Origin: Paragordius varius
Taxonomy: Eukaryota > Animalia > Nematomorpha
Assembly: GCA_964247055.1 (NCBI GenBank)
Contig: OZ176058.1
Span: forward strand, 3,472,001 to 3,536,000
Reading direction: 5' to 3'
Length of the DNA stretch: 64,000 nucleotides
The notes under the pieces were generated by a model, which was not told the DNA's origin, did not search any database, and worked only from the letters and a program-made list of their open reading frames with translations. Of this stretch, positions 25,240 to 39,141 are shown piece after piece. Both the position numbers and the translations under genes were made by a program. The number at the start of each line of letters is the position of its first letter. Within the stretch, counting starts at the first letter, position 1.

Positions 25240-28200
25240 ACACCCAATTTTTTACTGTAAAAAAATTTTTTTTAACATAAAAGAACGTTATTAAAGGTCT
25301 TTAAAAAAAGTACTAATACTACCTAATGTCATCCCAAAATAGCCCTAATATTTTTTAAAAGTAATTGTTAAACTCCAAAAAAGCGGTAAATTTTCTTTAA
25401 TCTAATAGCGCTGATTTTTTTAATTTCTAGAAAATCGGTAAAATTACTTGAAAAATTCCTTATTAATATCAAAGGCTAAACAACTCTTTAAAAAAGCGCA
25501 AATTTAAATCAAAATGCTTGAAATTCTTTAAAAAAAGCATTAAATTACTAACAACCGGTAAAATTAAAATTTTTTTATAAAGGCTAAAATTCATTATTTT
25601 TGACAAAAGTCAAAATTACCTAATTTTCTAAAAAAACGCAAAGATTCGTTTTAATAAATGCGTGTAAATTCTTTAAAAATAGCTATTTTTTAATCCAGAT
25701 AGAAATGGCTAAAATTCCTTATTATTTACAAAGGCCAAAATAACTTAAATTCCTTAAATAAGCGTATATATTATTTTTAAATTTAAAAACTGCCAAAATT
25801 CTCAAAAAACCGCTAAAACATTTTAAAAAATTTCTAAATTCACAAAAAGGCTAAAATTCTTTATTATTCATAAAGGCCACTATTACTTTATAATTAATAC
25901 TTTAAAAAAGCATCAAAAATTTTAAAAACCCCTTAAATTTTCTTGCAATAATTTAAAGAGGCTAAATTTACTAAAATTCATTAGATTCCATAAACGCTTA
26001 AAATTTTTTAAAAATGACTATTTTTTTTAATCTAATAAACAAGTGATATTAAAACGCTTAAAACTTTAGAAAACGCTGAAATCTCCAAAAAGCTAAAGTT
26101 ATCCAAAAATGGCAATTTCCTATTTAATTTTTGAAATTCTTTATTCGTTAAAATTCTTTGAAAACAAATAATTTTTTGTTGAAATTTTATAAAAAAAATT
26201 AGAAAATTGCTTAAAACCTCTATTTTAAAACAGTAAAACTATCTAAAAGCTAAGATATTTTCTTAAAAAAACCAATATTATTTAAAAATTAAAATTCACT
26301 ATCAAACCACAAACATTTATAAAAATAGACAAATTTAAAAAGCCTTTAAAATTATCTAAAAACCAATAAAACTCTCCAAAATGGGCTAATATTTTTTAAA
26401 AATTCTAAAAAGTCTAAAACTTTAAAAAAAATTATAAAATTTTCTAATACACCAAAATAATTTCTAAAACACAAAATTCTGTAAACAACCAATAATTCTC
26501 TAATGAATCACAAAATTTTCAAAAAAAACCTCAGATTAAAAATAGGCAATTCTCCTAAACCCTAAAACTTTCTAAAAACTACTAAAACTCGGTAAAAACC
26601 GCTAAAGCTCTCTAACCACTAAAACTCTTTAAAAACCGCTAAAACTATCTAAATACCGCTAAAATTCCTTAAGAAAGCCTAAATATTCTTTAAAAAAGCC
26701 TAAATTTTCTTTTTTTTTAAAATGTGCTGAAGCTCTCTAAAAATTGCTAAAACTCTCTAACCGCTAAAACTCTCTAAAAAAGCCCAAATATCCTTTTTAC
26801 ATAAAAAATTCACTGAAATTTTGTTTTAAAAACTCTAAAAAATTCTTTAAAAACCGCTAAAATTCTCTAAAAACCGCTAAAACTCTTTAAAAATCACTAA
26901 AACTCTTTAAAAATCACTAAAACTCTTTAAAAATCACTAAAACTCTTTAAAAATCACTAAAACTTTTTAAAAACCACTAAAACTCTTTAAAAACCGCTAA
27001 AACCCTTTAAAACCGCTAAAATTCTCTAAAAACCGCTAAAACTAATTAAAAAAGCCTATATATTCTTTTTACGTAAAAAATTCCATGAAATTTTGTTTTA
27101 AAAACTCTAAAAAACTCTTTAAAAACCGAAAACTTTTTGAAAACCGCTAAAACTCCCTAAAACCGCTAAAATTTTTTAAAAACCGCTAAAACACTCTAAA
27201 AAACGCTAAAACTCTCTATAAACCACTAAAACTTTTTAAAAACCGCTAAAACTTTTTAAAAACCGCTAAAACTCTTTAAAAATCACTAAAATTCTTTAAA
27301 AATCACTAAAACTTTTTTTAAAAACCGCTAAAACTTTTTTTTAAAAACCGCTAAAACTTTTTTTTAAAAACCGCTAAAACTCCCTAAAACCGTTAAAACT
27401 CTCTAAAAACCGTTAAAACTCTCTAAAAACCGTTAAAACTCTCTAAAAACCGCTAAAACTTTTTAAAAACCGCTAAAACTCTTTAAAAATCACTAAAACT
27501 TTTTAAAAATCACTAAAACTTTTTAAAAATCACTAAAACTTTTTAAAAATCACTAAAACTTTTTAAAAACCACTAAAACTTTTTAAAAACCGCTAAAACC
27601 CTTTAAAACCGCTAAAATTCTCTAAAAACCGCTAAAACCCTTTTAAAAAGCCTAAATATCCTTTTTACATAAAAAATTCCCTGAAATTTTGTTTTAAAAA
27701 CTCTAAAAAACTCTTTAAAAACCGCTAAAACTTTTTTTAAAAAAACCGCTAAAACTCCCTAAAACCGCTAAAACTCTCTAAAAACCGTTAAAACTCTCTA
27801 AAAACCGCTAAAACTTTTTAAAAACCGCTAAAATTTTTAAAAAACCGCTAAAATTCTCTAAAAACCGCTAAAACTCTTTAAAAATCACTAAAACTTTTTA
27901 AAAACCACTAAAACTTTTTAAAAACCGCTAAAACCCTTTAAAACCGCTAAAATTCTCTAAAAACCGCTAAAACCCTTTAAAAAAGCCTAAATATCCTTTT
28001 TACATAAAAAATTCCCTGAAATTTTGTTTTAAAAACTCTAAAAAACTCTTTAAAAACCGCTAAAACTTTTTTTAAAAAAACCGCTAAAACTCCCTAAAAC
28101 CGCAAAAACTCCCTAAAACCGCTAAAACTCTCTAAAAACCGTTAAAACTCTCTAAAAACCGCTAAAACTTTTTAAAAACCGCTAAAATTCTCTAAAAACC

Positions 28201-31200
28201 GCTAAAACTCTTTAAAAATCACTAAAACTCTTTAAAAATCACTAAAACTTTTTAAAAACCACTAAAACTTTTTAAAAACCACTAAAACTCTTTAAAAACC
28301 GCTAAAACCCTTTAAAACCGCTAAAATTCTCTAAAAACCGCTAAAACTAATTAAAAAAGCCTATATATCCTTTTTACGTAAAAAATTCCCTGAAATTTTG
28401 TTTTAAAAACTCTAAAAAACTCTTTAAAAACCGAAAACTTTTTGAAAACCGCTAAAACTCCCTAAAACCGCTAAAATTTTTTAAAAACCGCTAAAACACT
28501 CTAAAAACCGCTAAAACACTCTAAAAAACGCTAAAACTCTCTATAAACCACTAAAACTTTTTAAAAACCGCTAAAACTTTATAAAAACCGCTAAAACTTT
28601 TTAAAAACCGCTAAAACTCTTTAAAAACCGCTAAAACTAATTAAAAAAGCCTAAATATCCTTTTTACATAAAAAATTCCCTGAAATTTTGTTTTAAAAAC
28701 TCTAAAAAACTCCCTAAAACCGCTAAAATTTTTTAAAAACAGCTAAAACTCTCTAAAAACCGCTAAAACTCTCTAAAAACCGCTAAAACACTCTAAAAAA
28801 CGCTAAAACTCTCTAAAAACCGCTAAAACTCTCTAAAAACCGCTAAAACACTCTAAAAACCGCTAAAACACTCTAAAAAACGCTAAAACACTCTAAAAAA
28901 CGCTAAAACTCTCTATAAACCACTAAAACTTTCTAAAAACCGCTAAAACTCTCTAAAAACCGCTAAAACTCTCTAAAAACCGCTAAAACTCTCTAAAAAC
29001 CGCTAAAACTTTTTAAAAACCGCTAAAACTCTTTAAAAATCACTAAAACTCTTTAAAATCACTAAAACTTTTTTTTAAAAACCGCTAAAACTCTTTAAAA
29101 ATCACTAAAACTCTTTAAAAATCACTAAAACTCTTTAAAAATCACTAAAACTTTTTTTTAAAAACCGCTAAAACTTTTTTTTAAAAACCGCTAAAACTTT
29201 TTTTTAAAAACCGCTAAAACTCCCTAAAACCGTTAAAACTCTCTAAAAACCGTTAAAACTCTCTAAAAACCGTTAAAACTCTCTAAAAACCGTTAAAACT
29301 CTCTAAAAACCGTTAAAACTCTCTAAAAACCGCTAAAACTTTTTAAAAACCGCTAAAACTTTTTAAAAATCACTAAAACTTTTTAAAAATCACTAAAACT
29401 TTTTAAAAACCACTAAAACTTTTTAAAAACCGCTAAAACCCTTTAAAACCGCTAAAATTCTCTAAAAACCGCTAAAACCCTTTAAAAAAGCCTAAATATC
29501 CTTTTTACATAAAAAATTCCCTGAAATTTTGTTTAAAAAACTCTAAAAAACTCTTTAAAAACCGCTAAAACTCTCTAAAAACCGCTAAAACTTTTTAAAA
29601 ACCGCTAAAATTCTCTAAAAACCGCTAAAATTCTCTTAAAACCGCTAAAACTCTTTAAAAATCACTAAAACTTTTTAAAAACCACTAAAACTTTTTAAAA
29701 ACCGCTAAAAATCTTTAAAAACCACTAAAACTTTTTAAAAACCGCTAAAACCCTTTAAAACCGCTAAAATTCTCTAAAAACCGCTAAAACCCTTTAAAAA
29801 AGCCTAAATATCCTTTTTACATAAAAAATTCCCTGAAATTTTGTTTTAAAAACTCTAAAAAACTCTTTAAAAACCGCTAAAACTTTTTTTAAAAAAACCG
29901 CTAAAACTCCCTAAAACCGCAAAAACTCCCTAAAACCGCTAAAACTCCCTAAAACCGCTAAAACTCCCTAAAACCGCTAAAACTCTCTAAAAACCGTTAA
30001 AACTCTCTAAAAACCGCTAAAACTTTTTAAAAACCGCTAAAACTTTTTAAAAACCGCTAAAATTCTCTAAAAACCGCTAAAACTCTTTAAAAATCACTAA
30101 AACTCTTTAAAAATCACTAAAACTTTTTAAAAACCACTAAAACTCTTTAAAAACCGCTAAAACCCTTTAAAACCGCTAAAATTCTCTAAAAACCGCTAAA
30201 ATTCTCTAAAAACCGCTAAAACTAATTAAAAAAGCCTATATATCCTTTTTACGTAAAAAATTCCCTGAAATTTTGTTTTAAAAACTCTAAAAAACTCTTT
30301 AAAAACCGAAAACTTTTTGAAAACCGCTAAAACTCCCTAAAACCGCTAAAACTCTCTAAAAACCGTTAAAACTCTCTAAAAACCGTTAAAACTCTCTAAA
30401 AACCGTTAAAACTCTCTAAAAACCGTTAAAACTCTCTAAAAACCGCTAAAACTTTTTAAAAACCGCTAAAACTTTTTAAAAATCACTAAAACTTTTTAAA
30501 AATCACTAAAACTTTTTAAAAACCACTAAAACTTTTTAAAAACCGCTAAAACCCTTTAAAACCGCTAAAATTCTCTAAAAACCGCTAAAACCCTTTAAAA
30601 AAGCCTAAATATCCTTTTTACATAAAAAATTCCCTGAAATTTTGTTTAAAAAACTCTAAAAAACTCTTTAAAAACCGCTAAAACTCTCTAAAAACCGCTA
30701 AAACTTTTTAAAAACCGCTAAAATTCTCTAAAAACCGCTAAAATTCTCTTAAAACCGCTAAAACTCTTTAAAAATCACTAAAACTTTTTAAAAACCACTA
30801 AAACTCTTTAAAAATCACTAAAACTCTTTAAAAATCACTAAAACTCTTTAAAAATCACTAAAACTCTTTAAAATCACTAAAACTTTTTTTTAAAAACCGC
30901 TAAAACTTTTTTTTAAAAACCGCTAAAACTTTTTTTTAAAAACCGCTAAAACTCCCTAAAACCGTTAAAACTCTCTAAAAACCGTTAAAACTCTCTAAAA
31001 ACCGTTAAAACTCTCTAAAAACCGTTAAAACTCTCTAAAAACCGCTAAAACTTTTTAAAAACCGCTAAAACTTTTTAAAAATCACTAAAACTTTTTAAAA
31101 ATCACTAAAACTTTTTAAAAACCACTAAAACTTTTTAAAAACCGCTAAAACCCTTTAAAACCGCTAAAATTCTCTAAAAACCGCTAAAACCCTTTAAAAA

Positions 31201-34200
31201 AGCCTAAATATCCTTTTTACATAAAAAATTCCCTGAAATTTTGTTTAAAAAACTCTAAAAAACTCTTTAAAAACCGCTAAAACTCTCTAAAAACCGCTAA
31301 AACTTTTTAAAAACCGCTAAAATTCTCTAAAAACCGCTAAAATTCTCTTAAAACCGCTAAAACTCTTTAAAAATCACTAAAACTTTTTAAAAACCACTAA
31401 AACTTTTTAAAAACCGCTAAAAATCTTTAAAAACCACTAAAACTCTTTCAAAACCGCTAAAACTCTTTAAAAACCGCTAAAACTTTTTAAAAATCACTAA
31501 AAATCTTTAAAAACCACTAAAACTCTTTCAAAACCGCTAAAACTCTTTAAAAACAGCTAAAACTTTTTAAAAACCGCTAAAACCCTTTAAAAAAGCCTAA
31601 ATATCCTTTTTACATAAAAAATTCCCTGAAATTTTGTTTAAAAAACTCTAAAAAACTCTTTAAAAACCGCTCAAACTCTCTAAAAACCGCTAAAACTTTT
31701 TAAAAACCGCTAAAATTCTCTAAAAACCCCTTAATATCCTTTTACATAAAAAATTCCCTGAAATTTTGTTTTAAAAACTCTAAAAAACTCTTTAAAAACC
31801 GCTAAAACTTTTTAAAAATCACTAAAAATCTTTAAAAACCACTAAAACTCTCTAAAAACCGCTAAAACTCTCTAAAAAACCGCTAAAACACTCTAAAAAC
31901 CGCTAAAACACTCTAAAAACCGTTAAAACTCTCTAAAAACCGCTAAAACTTTTTAAAAACCGCTAAAATTTTTAAAAAACCGCTAAAATTCTCTAAAAAC
32001 CGCTAAAACTCTTTAAAAATCACTAAAACTTTTTAAAAATCACTAAAACTTTTTAAAAATCACTAAAACTTTTTAAAAACCACTAAAACTTTTTAAAAAC
32101 CGCTAAAACCCTTTAAAAAAGCCTAAATATCCTTTTTACATAAAAAATTCCCTGAAATTTTGTTTTAAAAACTCTTTAAAAACCGCTAAAACTCTCTAAA
32201 AACCGCTAAAACTTTTTAAAAACCGCTAAAATTCTCTAAAAACCGCTAAAATTCTCTAAAAACCGCTAAAATTCTCTAAAAACCGCTAAAACTCTTTAAA
32301 AATCACTAAAACTTTTTAAAAACCACTAAAACTTTTTAAAAACCACTAAAACTTTTTAAAAACCGCTAAAACCCTTTAAAACCGCTAAAATTCTCTAAAA
32401 ACCGCTAAAACCCTTTAAAAAAGCCTAAATATCCTTTTTACATAAAAAATTCCCTGAAATTTTGTTTTAAAAACTCTAAAAAACTCTTTAAAAACCGCTA
32501 AAACTTTTTTTAAAAAAACCGCTAAAACTCCCTAAAACCGCAAAAACTCCCTAAAACCGCTAAAACTCCCTAAAACCGCTAAAACTCCCTAAAACCGCTA
32601 AAATTTTTTAAAAACCGCTAAAACACTCTAAAAAACGCTAAAACTCTCTATAAACCACTAAAACTTTTTAAAAACCGCTAAAACTTTATAAAAACCGCTA
32701 AAACTTTTTAAAAACCGCTAAAACTCTTTAAAAACCGCTAAAACTAATTAAAAAAGCCTAAATATCCTTTTTACATAAAAAATTCCCTGAAATTTTGTTT
32801 TAAAAACTCTAAAAAACTCCCTAAAACCGCTAAAATTTTTTAAAAACAGCTAAAACTCTCTAAAAACCGCTAAAACTCTCTAAAAACCGCTAAAACACTC
32901 TAAAAAACGCTAAAACTCTCTAAAAACCGCTAAAACTCTCTAAAAACCGCTAAAACACTCTAAAAACCGCTAAAACACTCTAAAAAACGCTAAAACACTC
33001 TAAAAAACGCTAAAACTCTCTATAAACCACTAAAACTTTCTAAAAACCGCTAAAACTCTCTAAAAACCGCTAAAACTCTCTAAAAACCGCTAAAACTCTC
33101 TAAAAACCGCTAAAACTTTTTAAAAACCGCTAAAACTCTTTAAAAATCACTAAAACTCTTTAAAATCACTAAAACTTTTTTTTAAAAACCGCTAAAACTC
33201 TTTAAAAATCACTAAAACTCTTTAAAAATCACTAAAACTCTTTAAAAATCACTAAAACTTTTTTTTAAAAACCGCTAAAACTTTTTTTTAAAAACCGCTA
33301 AAACTTTTTTTTAAAAACCGCTAAAACTCCCTAAAACCGTTAAAACTCTCTAAAAACCGTTAAAACTCTCTAAAAACCGCTAAAACTTTTTAAAAACCGC
33401 TAAAACTTTTTAAAAACCGCTAAAACTCTTTAAAAACCACTAAAACTTTTTAAAAACCGCTAAAACCCTTTAAAACCGCTAAAATTCTCTAAAAACCGCT
33501 AAAACCCTTTAAAAAAGCCTAAATATCCTTTTTACATAAAAAATTCCCTGAAATTTTGTTTAAAAAACTCTAAAAAACTCTTTAAAAACCGCTCAAACTC
33601 TCTAAAAACCGCTAAAACTTTTTAAAAACCGCTAAAATTCTCTAAAAACCGCTAAAATTCTCTTAAAACCGCTAAAACTCTTTAAAAATCACTAAAACTT
33701 TTTAAAAACCACTAAAACTTTTTAAAAACCGCTAAAAATCTTTAAAAACCACTAAAACTCTTTCAAAACCGCTAAAACTTTTTAAAAATCACTAAAAATC
33801 TTTAAAAACCACTAAAACTCTTTCAAAACCGCTAAAACTCTTTAAAAACAGCTAAAACTTTTTAAAAACCGCTAAAACTCTCTAAAAACCGTTAAAACTT
33901 TTTAAAAACCGCTAAAACTTTTTAAAAACCGCTAAAACTTTTTAAAAACCGCTAAAATTCTCTAAAAACCACTAAAACCCTTTAAAAACCCCTTAATATC
34001 CTTTTACATAAAAAATTCCCTGAAATTTTGTTTTAAAAACTCTAAAAAACTCTTTAAAAACCGCTAAAACTTTTTAAAAATCACTAAAAATCTTTAAAAA
34101 CCACTAAAACTCTTTAAAAACCGCTAAAACTCTCTAAAAACCGCTAAAACTCTCTAAAAAACCGCTAAAACACTCTAAAAACCGCTAAAACACTCTAAAA

Positions 34201-35850
34201 ACCGCTAAAACTTTTTAAAAATCACTAAAAATCTTTAAAAACCACTAAAACTCTTTCAAAACCGCTAAAACTCTTTAAAAACAGCTAAAACTTTTTAAAA
34301 ACCGCTAAAACTCTCTAAAAACCACTAAAACCCTTTAAAAACCCCTTAATATCCTTTTACATAAAAAATTCCCTGAATTTTGTTTTAAAAACTCTAAAAA
34401 ACTCTTTAAAAACCGCTAAAACTCTCTAAAAACCGCTAAAACCCTTTAAAAACCGCTAAAACCCTTTAAAAACCCCTTAATATCCTTTTTACATAAAAAA
34501 TTCCCTGAAATTTTGTTTTAAAAACTCTAAAAAACTCTTTAAAAACCGCTAAAACTTTTTAAAAATCACTAAAAATCTTTCAAAACCGCTAAAACTCTTT
34601 AAAAACCGCTAAAACTCTTTAAAAACCGCTAAAACTCTTTAAAAACCGCTAAAACTCTCTAAAAACCGCTAAAACACTCTAAAAACCGTTAAAACTTTTT
34701 AAAAACCGCTAAAACTTTTTAAAAACCGCTAAAATTCTCTAAAAACCACTAAAACCCTTTAAAAAAGCCTAAATATCCTTTTTACATAAAAAATTCCCTG
34801 AAATTTTGTTTTAAAAACTCTAAAAAACTCTTTCAAAACCGCTAAAACTTTTTAAAAATCATTAAAAATCTTTTAAAACCACTAAAACTCTTTCAAAACC
34901 GTTAAAACTCTCTAAAAACAGCTAAAACTCTTTAAAAACCGCTAAAACTCTTTAAAAACCGCTAAAACTCTTTAAAAACCGCTAAAACTCTTTAAAAACC
35001 GCTAAAACTCTTTAAAAACCGCTAAAACTCTTTAAAAACCGCTAAAACTCTTTAAAAACCGCTAAAACCCTTTAAAAACAGCTAAAACTTTTTAAAAACC
35101 GCTAAAACTCTCTAAAAACCGCTAAAACTTTTTAAAAACCGCTAAAACTTTTTAAAAACCGCTAAAATTCTCTAAAAACCACTAAAACCCTTTAAAAACC
35201 CCTTAATATCCTTTTTACATAAAAAATTCCCTGAAATTTTGTTTTAAAAACTCTAAAAAACTCTTTCAAAACCGCTAAAACTTTTTAAAAATCACTAAAA
35301 ATCTTTCAAAACCGCTAAAACTCTTTAAAAACCGCTAAAACTCTTTAAAAACCGCTAAAACTCTTTAAAAACCGCTAAAACTCTCTAAAAACCGCTAAAA
35401 CTCTCTAAAAACCGCTAAAATTCTCTAAAAACCACTAAAACCCTTTAAAAACCCCTTAATATCCTTTTTACATAAAAAATTCCCTGAAATTTTGTTTTAA
35501 AAACTCTAAAAAACTCTTTCAAAACCGCTAAAACTTTTTAAAAATCATTAAAAATCTTTTAAAACCACTAAAACTCTTTCAAAACCGTTAAAACTCTCTA
35601 AAAACAGCTAAAACTCTTTAAAAACCGCTAAAACTCTCTAAAAAACCGCTAAAACTCTCTAAAAAAAGACTAAATATTCTTTTTAAATCAAAAAACGCTA
35701 AAAATTTTTAAATTGCTAAAATTTCCTTAAAACCGCTAAATCTATCTAAAACCGTTGAAATTCTTTAAAAACCGCTACAATGGTCTAAAACGTAAATTGT
35801 TTAAATTATAAAATGCTCTCTACTCTTCAAAAACGGCAAACCTTTTAAAA
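25240..35850. repeat. Expanded ~20-bp satellite array B with higher-order structure
   Basis: Core ~26580-35780, punctuated by ~23 copies of a ~60-bp spacer (aaagcctaaatatcctttttacataaaaaattccctgaaattttgttt). Confidence 0.95.
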
Positions 35851-37648
35851 ACCGCAAAATCACCTTTTTTTACATAAATTTTATTATATCAACCAATTAG
35901 CCATTTTAAATAGCGTATTTATAATTTTAATCTCAATATATTGTAACACACTATTTTTTTGTTTAGAATGTGATGTCTTACAAAGTACGCAGGATTTCGT
36001 TGGCCTATTGCCCAACAAAACTGATGTAGAAAATACCAGGAATGTTTCGGAATTGGGTAATTATTATTTTATATTTTGTAGATCAGTTTTCAATTATTAT
36101 TTAAGTATTTTGGTTAATAATTGTTTTGTTTTATAAATCATTATTACAATAATCAACTGTTTTATGTAATTAGCTTTATCATTTGTTTTAATTAATCAAT
36201 TGTTTTTAGTTTTAAAATTGGCTAGCTTGAGCTATAAAAGATAGTTTTTAAAAAGAATATGTAAAATATATAGAATATAAATTTGTAATTATCTATCGTT
36301 TGTAATTTTTTTTTATTTTTTATAGTAACGTAATATTCAATCATCAATTGTTACATTTTTCTTTAATTTACTGTAGAATGTGTTGGTATATGCCCGAAAC
36401 GGAAAGGAAGTGTATTGAAAAAGCTTAATTGAATATTTTGGAAGAATTTGGTAATTAATTATGTTAGATTAAATTTTAGAACAGATTTTATTAATATTTT
36501 CTCAACTTTACATTTTATCTTTTTTATTAAAATTGATGTCTGTTTATGCCCTTAATTCAAGAAGATAATTGATGTAATTAATCTTTTTTTTTTATTAATT
36601 ACTATTTATAATAAACTACTGAGTTAAAACAAATTATTTATTTTTTATTAAGATATATAATATTGTTCCTTTAATTTTTACCGCAAAATGACAAAATATC
36701 ACTTTTTTAACATACTTTATAATTTTTGTAAATAAACATTTTTCTTGATCAGCTGTTTTTTTGGATTAGATAGTTATAATTATTTAATAGTTTCAATATA
36801 TTTATTTTTTAAATGATTAAAGATTTAGTATTTGACTTTATATTTTATTTTATATTTAGGAAACAATATAGTATCCATTTCATTGCTGCCATACCAAATA
36901 AACTATTTAAGTATGATAACCAATTGTCTGAATATTTTTTAATATTTTCTTTATTATTTGATAAATCAGTTGTTTTATTATTCAGTTGTTATTAATGAGT
37001 TGTTTTATTAATCAGTTGTTTTAATTAATTAGTTGTATTTATTTATTATTTGTTTTAAATAATCATTTTTTATTAATCAGTTTTTCAGTTGTTTTTATTA
37101 ATCAGTTGTTTTAATTAATCTGTTGTTTTTAATTATTATTTGTTTTTAACAATCAGCTGTTTTATTAATTAGGTTTAAAGCACTAGGGTTTTGAGTTTTT
37201 TCTTAAAGAAATCCGCTATAAATTTATATAACCTTTTTTCTGACACATCTCTTCTCACAAAAAATGTCCTCTTGATTAAGGTTTTTGAATAAAATTTTTA
37301 GAAAACTCTTTTTAAACCACAATAACGGTTTCTAGTTTTAAGTTAGGGTCAGGTTTTTAAAGAAGTCCGCAAATTAATATATATATTGGTTGTTTGAGGT
37401 ATTTACGCAAAAACCTCTGACATAGACAACTGATATCTTGGAAACTTTTCATTTTTTTAAATAAATTTCATATAATTCTTTTGTTATATATTAGGATTAA
37501 AGTATCACCTGTTTTTGGTGTAATATGAGTCAATTTAATTTTACCAAACCTCAATGTTAAACTCTAACCTATCACCGCTAAAACTTGTGTATAAAGCTTT
37601 TTCTCATGATCTTATATTATGGTTTTTGAGCAAAATCCTTATCGATCT

Positions 37649-37752
37649 AGGTTTAAAGCACTTTAAGGGTTTCGAGTTTGTGGGCTAGGGTTAGGGTGAG
37701 GGATTGGAGTTGGTTCATTTTCTTAAAGAAGTCCGCAGGACTTCCTCGGGCT
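37649..37752 (-). mobile_element. Short double-hairpin repeat, inverted (B counterpart of 11275-11378)
   Basis: Same sequence and flanks as the A copy. Confidence 0.8.
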
Positions 37753-38695
37753 TTTATTTTTAAATTTAATCTTTGTCTCTGAATTTTTTAGCTTTTGATT
37801 TATTTTAAGGAAGGATATTCTTTTTTTGTTTAATTTTCCCCATTTTATCAAACGACTTAAACATTATCTGAATTTTATTTGACCGCAAACTATTCAATGC
37901 ACAGATCATATGCTATTTGTATTGCGATGTTTGGATGTATATCATTTATTTTTTAATGGTTTTGCACTAAAATTGCAATACTAAAGCTGATTTTGGGTTT
38001 TTAATTATGGAACTGTTAATTTGTAAAGTAACCGCAAAAATTTATATTTAAATAGTTTGAAAACAATTTTTTTCGTTATTAGGACGGTTAAAACTCCTAA
38101 TCTGGGCTTTTTCGGGATTGAGCTAATTTTATTACGGGCTTTGAACAATTTTGTTTGGATTTACGATCTAATAATATTTTTTATACATTCAGAAACCAAC
38201 AACTTGACAGAGAACAAAATGGACTCTGAACTTTATTTGCAGTGTTTAACATATGATTTTGCCTGATCAAAATTAAAGGCTTTCGAGTTTGGGTTGACCT
38301 TAGCTAAAATAAAGGAAAGTTGCATGTCCTTATTCCTTGGCTTTTAACGGAAATAGATATGTTAATAACTGCTAGTTTTTAAAGTAACCGCAAAATTTAA
38401 ATTTGCAAGGGATTTTTTTCTGTATTAGGACGTGTTTTGTGACAATTTAGCCAATTTTTACGGGGTTTGATTAATCTACGTTAAATATTTTAAGGCAAGT
38501 TTGTGGACTAGGGTTATGTGGGGGTTTTGAGTTTCATTAAGAGTTTGTTTTTCACTTTTATCAATAACTGCCGAATTATAAATAAACCGCAAAATGAATT
38601 ATATGCTAATATTATCTAACATTGAATCTAATAATATTTTTTATCATTTTTTATACATCAGAAGAGAACAAATTGAATAAACTAGACACGAAATA

Positions 38696-38791
38696 AAACT
38701 AACTCACACAAGAATGAATATGAAATAAAACTAACTCACACAAGAATGAATATGAAACAAAACTTACTCACACAAGAATGAATATGAAACA
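38696..38791. repeat. Three copies of a 32-bp unit
   Basis: aaactaactcacacaagaatgaatatgaaa(t/c)a x3. A has a single copy at ~12344. Confidence 0.9.
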
Positions 38792-38940
38792 ATCTCAATG
38801 AATGAAGAATTTATATAAGATTCAATAAATGATGATAATGTTTGATATATTATTTCTTTTAAAAAAATTAAAAAATATAAATATATATAACTACCCCCCC
38901 CCCCCCCCCCAAAGGGCGAGAAAAAAAATTAAAAAATATT

Positions 38941-39141
38941 CTAAGTCCAAAATTTTATTTTGAGCGTCCGGGAGTAAGAGTGCTCAAAATCGAATTTTGG
39001 ACTTAGGGGCCTGATGACTCTCTAATGGGAGAAATAAATCCTCCTTCACACGAGTGAGGAAAACAACTCTCAAATAAGAGCTGATTCTCCCCACTAATGT
39101 GAAGGGGGATTTATTCCTCCCATTAGAGAGTTATCAGGCCC
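38941..39141. other. Twin inverted repeats, copy B
   Basis: The outer 44-nt arms of the second hairpin differ at only 3 positions. Confidence 0.85.

Noticed and set aside
25240-35850. Satellite as a CRISPR array or a repetitive protein
   Set aside because: There are no unique spacers, and the ~60-bp interruptions are themselves repeats. Monomer length varies around 20 bp with frequent non-triplet indels.
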